Source of the DNA: Polyangiaceae bacterium
GTDB lineage: Bacteria; Myxococcota_A; Polyangia; Polyangiales; Polyangiaceae
Assembly: GCA_044376115.1 (NCBI GenBank)
Contig: JBILLK010000003.1
Location: forward strand, 160,001 to 224,000
DNA: 64,000 bases
Direction of reading: 5' to 3'
The first letter of the stretch is position 1; every line of letters begins with the position of its first letter. Positions 58,581-64,000 of this stretch are shown here, one piece after another. The translations under genes were made by a program, and so were the position numbers. Below the pieces are notes generated by a model that had not been told where the DNA came from, ran no database searches, and worked only from the letters and a program-made list of their open reading frames with translations.

Positions 58581-59639
58581 TCAGGAGCGAACTGCTTGGC
58601 GTGTCTCTTGGTACAGGCGAATCAAGGCTTCTCGCGAACTCTTCTCACGGCCTGCTGCGATGTTGAGCACCGTGTCGCGGACCGCGCGATTGATCGGGGT
58701 TGCGATGCCGAGTTGATCGCTGCGCCGAACCACCTCCCCATTGAGAAACTCGACCGCCGGAACGCGGCCCCGCTCGATCGCCGAGAGCATCGAGGAACGC
58801 AGCCGGCGATAGCGCGCTCCCACCGCGAGGAGCAGCGCGTGCTTGGCGAACAGTGAGGCGCTACCGACGCTGCGACTCTCTTCTTCAGGAGTGAGTGCGA
58901 TCCACTCGAGATCCAAGGTGCCAGAGACTTTCTCGAGCTTGATCTTGAGGGCCTCTGCGACACGCACGGTCTCGGTCATGATCTCGAGCGCGAGCCGCCG
59001 CACGTGGCGTTTTCTCATCAGCACGCCCAAGCGGTCCCCGCCGATGGTCCCAAGCGATGAGATGGCGTTGTTGATGGCCAGCTTGGACCAGCGTGCGCCT
59101 GCGAGGTTCTTGCTAAGCACCGTCTCCCCGATGCACTCGAGAGCGCGCGCGAGTTGCTGCAGCGTGGGCGTCTCCACGCCGTCGAGACGGCCGAGCTGGA
59201 AGCCGCCGCTGCTGGTTTTGTCGTAAACGCCAGGCGAAAGCATGCTGGCCCCCCACGCGACCACGGCGCCAATCACGCGCTCGGGGCCGACGATGGGCGC
59301 TACGCGCTCTTCACAAAGGCCGTTCTGAAAGCAGACCAGGCTGCCGTGGGGCGCGAGCCGCTCGGCGCACTCGCGCGCCGCCGCTTCCACTTGGGGTGGT
59401 TGCGTCGCGAGCAGGATGAAATCGAATTGGCCGTCGACCTCGTGGAGGGCGGAGACGGCCTTGCCGCGGACGACGCTGGAGGCTCCGTTCTCGCGGACCT
59501 GAAAACCGTGCTCACGAATCGCGCTGGCAATCGCTTCATTCTTCGTGAGCGCGGTGACGTCATGACCGTGCCCGCTGAGCTGAGCTGCAACGATGCCACC
59601 AATTCCACCGGCGCCGACGACGAGGAACCGCGGTTGCAA
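58581..59639 (-). CDS. panE: 2-dehydropantoate 2-reductase family protein
   Basis: VVGAGGIGG, FQNGL, WSKLAIN, SSML..IERGR..E..NG. Confidence 0.85.
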   Translation of the reverse strand: MQPRFLVVGAGGIGGIVAAQLSGHGHDVTALTKNEAIASAIREHGFQVRENGASSVVRGKAVSALHEVDGQFDFILLATQPPQVEAAARECAERLAPHGSLVCFQNGLCEERVAPIVGPERVIGAVVAWGASMLSPGVYDKTSSGGFQLGRLDGVETPTLQQLARALECIGETVLSKNLAGARWSKLAINNAISSLGTIGGDRLGVLMRKRHVRRLALEIMTETVRVAEALKIKLEKVSGTLDLEWIALTPEEESRSVGSASLFAKHALLLAVGARYRRLRSSMLSAIERGRVPAVEFLNGEVVRRSDQLGIATPINRAVRDTVLNIAAGREKSSREALIRLYQETRQAVRS

Positions 59640-59641
59640 GC

Positions 59642-60637
59642 TCAGGTCTCCTCGTCGGCCTTCCCAGGCTCGGCTTCGGAGAGCGGCTCTTGTTCCTCTT
59701 TGCGAAGCACCATGGATGCCACCACGCCGCCGATCAGCACGCCCACGATGACGCCGAGCGATGCGACCGACGGCATGTGGAACCAGGGAGCGATCAGCAT
59801 CTTCACGCCCACGAAGAACAGCACGATCATCAGGCTGTACTTCAGATAGGCGAACTGTCGCAGCAGGCTGGCGAGCGCGAAGTAAAGCGACCGCAGCCCA
59901 AGGATGGCGAAGATGTTCGAGGTGAAGACGAGGAATGGATCCTGCGTTACGCCGAAAACGGCGGGGATGCTGTCGACGGCGAACACGACGTCGCTGCCTT
60001 CAACCACGAGCAACACCAGGAACAAGGGCGTAGCGAGCAGCTTCCCGTCCACCCGCGTGAAGAAATTTTGCCCGTCCGGCTTAGGGCTGATCGGTAGGAT
60101 TCGGCGGGCAATCTTGACGATGAAACTATCTTCCGGATCAAAGTCGTCATCCCCCTTGGAGAGGAACATCTTGATCGCCGTGTAAACGAGCAGCGCGCCA
60201 AAGAGCTGCAGACTCCACGAGAACGTGTTGATCAGCGCCGCGCCCAGCAAGATCATGATGATGCGCAGGACGATCGCCCCGAGGATGCCCCAGAACAGCA
60301 GGCGATGCTGGATCTCCCCGGCGATCTTGAAGAACTTGAAGATCAGCGCCATCACGAAGATGTTGTCGAGGCTGAGGCTCAGCTCGACGATGTAGCCGGT
60401 GAGGAACAGCGTCGCCGCGTCTTTCCCGCTGGTGGCGGCGCCAAGCCCGACAAGCTTCTTTTCGTAGAGAAAGTAGACGCCAACGTCGAAGAGCATCGCT
60501 ACGACGAACCAGATGGCTGTCCAGCGGAGCGCACTTTTGGTCGTGGGTGTTTCGTTAGTTTTGTGAAAGACCCCCAGGTCCAACGCCAAAAAGAACGAGA
60601 TCATGAGGAGGAACCCTCCCCAGGCGGCCAACTGCAT
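59642..60637 (-). CDS. TerC/Alx family metal homeostasis membrane protein
   Basis: LDLGVF, ELSLSLDNIFV, QHRLLFWGILGA, DVVFAVDSIPA, FTSNIFAILGLR. Confidence 0.93.
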   Translation of the reverse strand: MQLAAWGGFLLMISFFLALDLGVFHKTNETPTTKSALRWTAIWFVVAMLFDVGVYFLYEKKLVGLGAATSGKDAATLFLTGYIVELSLSLDNIFVMALIFKFFKIAGEIQHRLLFWGILGAIVLRIIMILLGAALINTFSWSLQLFGALLVYTAIKMFLSKGDDDFDPEDSFIVKIARRILPISPKPDGQNFFTRVDGKLLATPLFLVLLVVEGSDVVFAVDSIPAVFGVTQDPFLVFTSNIFAILGLRSLYFALASLLRQFAYLKYSLMIVLFFVGVKMLIAPWFHMPSVASLGVIVGVLIGGVVASMVLRKEEQEPLSEAEPGKADEET

Positions 60638-60731
60638 GCGATGGAGTTACCTGCGCTAAGTCAGGATGTCGAGACCGACCGACGACGACTGGCTTTCCGC
60701 GGAGGGCGATGTGGCAGCCAGACTGACTCGA

Positions 60732-61703
60732 TCAGCCTGGTGGCGGCGTCAAAACAGCGAGTGCCTTGGGAAGTACTTCAACCTCGAGGGGTAAGCCGCC
60801 CAGTGGCTCTCCGTCTGCGTCGTTCAAGAAAACGTTTTGCGCGTCTTCATTGAGTAGGTTGAGGCGAAGCTTCTGACAGCGAAAATGCCGCACATTGGGG
60901 TGGTTCAGGTGCTTGCCCTTGTAGATGGCTGAGCTGTCCATCGCGAACTTCAGCTTCGCCGCAGCCCCGAGATCAACCACATCAAAGACCCCGTCCGAAA
61001 GCTCCGCCATCGGAGCAACGTGCATTCCAGAGCCAAAATACCGGCCGTTGCAGATGGCGATCTGCCTAGTTTTCACGGTCTCTACGGTTTCTTTGCCGTC
61101 CAACCAGTGGGTCAGCCGCAGCACGCCGACTTGGCCGTGCACGAGTGCCTTCGTTGACGCCCAAAAGTAGCCGGCGGTACCTCCGAGCCAGGCGGCCGAC
61201 TCGTGCACGAATTTATCGACGAGACCGCCCATGCCGGCAGAGAGGATGTTGATGAAGTACGCCGTACGGTCGGCGGTGGCGTTCTCGCCAGGGCGCGGCG
61301 GGTCGGCGTAGCGAAAGCGACCAACGTCGACCAGCGTGGTGTGCCCGGAGGCGATCACCGACAGGAAGCGGTCGAGCCGTGGTTCAAGGCCCAGCGTCTT
61401 GCAGAAGTCCGATCCGGTGCCACGGCCGATGATGCCAAGCGCGGTCTTGCGATGCCCCTCGGCTTGGGCCTTCATTAGGCCGTTAACCACCTCGTGAATC
61501 GAGCCGTCCCCACCGGTGGCGATCACCAGCTCGCGGTCCTCAAGCGCGGCTTGATAGGCGAGCTCGGTCGCGTGTCGAGGGTGGCTCGTCAGCGCGCCGT
61601 CCACCGAGCCGAGTGCTGCCTCAACCGTCTTGAGCAGCGCTTCCGGCGTGATCTTGCCGCGCCCCGAACCGGCCCTTGGATTGACGATGCAGAGCGGCTT
61701 CAC
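60732..61703 (-). CDS. Diacylglycerol/sphingosine kinase family (YegS/DgkB-like) lipid kinase
   Basis: IVNPRAG.G, GGDGSIHEVVNG, GTGSDF, NGRYFGSG, DGE. Confidence 0.9.
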   Translation of the reverse strand: MKPLCIVNPRAGSGRGKITPEALLKTVEAALGSVDGALTSHPRHATELAYQAALEDRELVIATGGDGSIHEVVNGLMKAQAEGHRKTALGIIGRGTGSDFCKTLGLEPRLDRFLSVIASGHTTLVDVGRFRYADPPRPGENATADRTAYFINILSAGMGGLVDKFVHESAAWLGGTAGYFWASTKALVHGQVGVLRLTHWLDGKETVETVKTRQIAICNGRYFGSGMHVAPMAELSDGVFDVVDLGAAAKLKFAMDSSAIYKGKHLNHPNVRHFRCQKLRLNLLNEDAQNVFLNDADGEPLGGLPLEVEVLPKALAVLTPPPG

Positions 61704-62632
61704 TTCTTCTTGGCCTTCATCCGCGAAACCAGGTCCGAAACCGCCTTGTCGTAGGCGCTCTTCAGCTCCGTTCGCCGCTCCTTGATCCGCTCGAGCTCTT
61801 TCGTGGTTTGGGTGATGGCCTCATCAGCCGTCTTGAGGCGCTCCTCCGCCAATGCCACGCGCTCCTTTTTGGATTTCTCGCTGTCGGCCGAAGGCTTGGC
61901 CGTGCCTTTGGCGGGCTCCTTTTCTTCCTCGAGCAACTTTTGGATCGAGCTCTTCGCGTCTTCTGCGGCTGAACGAGCTTGGTTCAAGTCCTCCTCGGCG
62001 AACTCCATCTGCACGTTGACGAAGTAGCTGGCCTTCGCAATCTCGGCGGCAAGTAGCTCGAGCGTTGGAAGGTTCTTCTTTCCGAGCACATCCTGATTGC
62101 GCTCGAGAATCAGAAAGCCGTCATTCGCGCTTTGCATGCGCTTCTCGATTCTCTCTTTGACGCCGTCTTTGAGGGAGGTGGAGACGGCGCCCCAGGCGTC
62201 GACTTCGCAGCCCTTTTGCTTGGCTGCGTAGGCTACGGAGCCGCCGACTTTCTTGGTGAGGGGGTCACGTTCTTCTTCGAAGAAGCTCGCAGTGGTCGCC
62301 ATCTCACGGCTGGCCAAGCCGTAGGCGGGATCTTTGCCAGCGTCATCGGAGGCCTCGAGGACCTCAACGACCCGGTCGAAATCCGAATCGACGATCTTGT
62401 CCCCGAGCGCAGGCAACGTACCGAGCGTTGCCGTTGTTTCCGCCTCACCGTTGCGGATGCGGGTGGCCACGCTCAGGGAGGCCGGCGGAACGCGCAACGC
62501 TGCTCCTCGTTGGTCCGTATCCAAGTCCGTTGCTGTCTTCGACTGCGGTTCCTGACATCCAACAGCGAGGAGCAGACCTAGGCCAACGGCCCAACGAACG
62601 TGACGCACAGCGGTAAGCCTCATCGCGGCCAT
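61700..62632 (-). CDS. Hypothetical coiled-coil lipoprotein
   Basis: Lipobox AVGC; long charged helical C-terminus; start inferred. Confidence 0.7.
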   Translation of the reverse strand: MAAMRLTAVRHVRWAVGLGLLLAVGCQEPQSKTATDLDTDQRGAALRVPPASLSVATRIRNGEAETTATLGTLPALGDKIVDSDFDRVVEVLEASDDAGKDPAYGLASREMATTASFFEEERDPLTKKVGGSVAYAAKQKGCEVDAWGAVSTSLKDGVKERIEKRMQSANDGFLILERNQDVLGKKNLPTLELLAAEIAKASYFVNVQMEFAEEDLNQARSAAEDAKSSIQKLLEEEKEPAKGTAKPSADSEKSKKERVALAEERLKTADEAITQTTKELERIKERRTELKSAYDKAVSDLVSRMKAKKK

Positions 62633-62740
62633 GGGACCACACCCTTGGCGGAAAACGCCAGCTTCGCGCACGCGACAAAATCGCGCCGTTTGTAGGAAAG
62701 GGGGGTCTCGGAACCGGCCGGACCGAATAAGAATCAACCC

Positions 62741-63241
62741 ATGCCCATTCAGGTTGGCCAGAAACTCCCATCGCTGCGTATCAAGGTGGCGGCGCCAGAA
62801 GGCGGGGGAGATGTGCTTTCGACCGACGAGCTCTTTGGGCGAAAGTCCGTCGTCATCTTCGGCGTGCCTGGAGCGTTTACTCCGGTCTGTTCCAACCAAC
62901 ACGTGCCCGGGTTTCTGACCCAAGAGAAGGCGTTGCGTGCGGCCGGGATCGACATGATCGCCTGTCTTTCAAGCAACGACGCTTGGGTGATGGGTGCTTG
63001 GGGCCGCTCGCTCGCGGCTTTTCCGGCGCTCACCATGTTGGCCGATGGGAACGGTGAATTCACTGAGGCCTTGGGGCTCGGTGTAGATCTTCGGCAGGGG
63101 TATCTAGGCGTCCGCACCCAGCGCTTCGCGCTGATTGCAAAGCGCTTCACCGTGCAATACCTCGGCATCGAGGAGCCCGGTAAGCTCGAGGTGTCCACGG
63201 CGGAGGCCGTGCTTACGGCGCTGACTCAGCTACCGGATTAG
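62741..63241 (+). CDS. Peroxiredoxin (Prx5 type)
   Basis: FGVPGAFTPVCSNQHVPGF, NDAWVM.AW, LADGNGEF, RFAL. Confidence 0.92.
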   Translation: MPIQVGQKLPSLRIKVAAPEGGGDVLSTDELFGRKSVVIFGVPGAFTPVCSNQHVPGFLTQEKALRAAGIDMIACLSSNDAWVMGAWGRSLAAFPALTMLADGNGEFTEALGLGVDLRQGYLGVRTQRFALIAKRFTVQYLGIEEPGKLEVSTAEAVLTALTQLPD

Positions 63242-63242
63242 C

Positions 63243-64000
63243 TCAGGACCAAACGACGCCGCGACTGCGAAGATCCGAAACGGTGTCAGCTAGCGTCTCC
63301 GTCGGATCGCGCGGTTCCCAATCAAGTTCACTGCGCGCTTTGTTGGAGTCGACGTACCAAAAGAGTTGGGCCATCTCCAAGCTGACTGGATCGAGCCGGG
63401 TCTTGGTGTCCATGCGCGAAGCCAACGCCTCGTCGATGCGCACCGCGATCTCGGGAAGCCAGGAAGCGCGTGGCAACCGCAATTTGGGAGCCGCGATGCC
63501 GCTGACGCGCTCGAGCTTTTCACAGAAGGCTTGGGTGGTGAGATTCTGCGCTGCCAATAAATAGCGTTCCCCAGGCCGCCCCTTCTCGAAGGCCAGCACC
63601 ATCCCCACGGCCGCGTCGCGAGCGTCAACGAACGAAAGGCCACCGCCAGGTACCGCCATGATACGGCCCTCGATGAAATCGGCGACGTCGGAGGTGGACG
63701 AACCACGGTGGTCTCCAGGGCCGAGCAGGAGCGTCGGGTTCACCAAAACGACCTCGAAGTTGGGCGGATCATTGCGCTCGAGCGCGGCCTCCTCTGCGAA
63801 GTACTTCGAGCGATAGTACGGAAACTTCGCCAAGAGCTTCATCGGCGGCTTGGCCGTCTCATTCAGTTCTCGCGCCTCGGAGCTGAGGGCGATGGTTCCG
63901 CTGGTCGAAGCGACCACGGCTCTTCGCACGCCCGCTTTGCGCCCTGCGTCGAGCACCTTCCGCGTGCCCTCGACGTGGAGCTTGTGGAGCTCCTCTGCGT
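63243..64000 (-). CDS. NAD-dependent epimerase/dehydratase (HpnA/DFR-like extended SDR), 5'-truncated by window edge
   Basis: Frame open to the window end; STS, YYRSK, VNPT.LLGPGD, FVDARD, GERY. Confidence 0.85.
   Translation of the reverse strand, partial: AEELHKLHVEGTRKVLDAGRKAGVRRAVVASTSGTIALSSEARELNETAKPPMKLLAKFPYYRSKYFAEEAALERNDPPNFEVVLVNPTLLLGPGDHRGSSTSDVADFIEGRIMAVPGGGLSFVDARDAAVGMVLAFEKGRPGERYLLAAQNLTTQAFCEKLERVSGIAAPKLRLPRASWLPEIAVRIDEALASRMDTKTRLDPVSLEMAQLFWYVDSNKARSELDWEPRDPTETLADTVSDLRSRGVVWS

Noticed and set aside
60638..60731. yybP-ykoY (Mn2+) riboswitch upstream of TerC/Alx
   Set aside because: The spacer is only about 94 nt, and the consensus-like words (GGAGT, CGAGACC) are on the wrong strand
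1..64000. CRISPR arrays, tRNA/rRNA genes, transposases or integrases
   Set aside because: No spaced direct-repeat array, RNA-gene signature or recombinase motif seen; intergenic gaps are nearly all under about 170 nt
1..64000. Numerous long antisense or alternate-frame ORFs in the track (e.g. 2378-2956, 8317-9195, 19261-19935, 57682-58548)
   Set aside because: Shadow ORFs expected in high-GC DNA; they overlap well-supported genes and lack motifs

Overview
GC-rich, gene-dense bacterial window that looks myxobacterial (Polyangiaceae/Sorangiineae-like). This is inferred from five Hanks-type Ser/Thr kinase genes, PEGA/TPR proteins, many Gly-linker lipoproteins, a bacNOP-like bactofilin trio and CYP51. 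About 52 CDS can be supported. I saw no rRNA, tRNA, CRISPR array or mobile element. Housekeeping/metabolic genes (E1-alpha, hutU, asnB, CBS, pyrE, panE, TerC, Prx5, Hsp15) are mixed with accessory modules. Most notable: (1) a CYP51-[3Fe-4S]-ferredoxin fusion, plus a bacterial ceramide-synthase-like GNAT and other possible eukaryote-like lipid genes; (2) an orphan sigma factor-short VgrG-DUF2169-Ser/Thr kinase module with no PAAR, effector or immunity gene; (3) a giant kinase-ATPase-TPR-GAF-sigma54 activator divergent from an Ig-like and Kazal lipoprotein operon, with a clear -24/-12 promoter and 11-bp phased repeats between them; (4) several unexplained c-type-heme lipoproteins, including an MbnH-like enzyme with a non-MbnP partner; (5) a tandem GILT-like thiol oxidoreductase between two duplicated PQQ-dehydrogenase-like genes. 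All family calls come from motif recognition, not database searches. Several start codons were moved from the ORF track.
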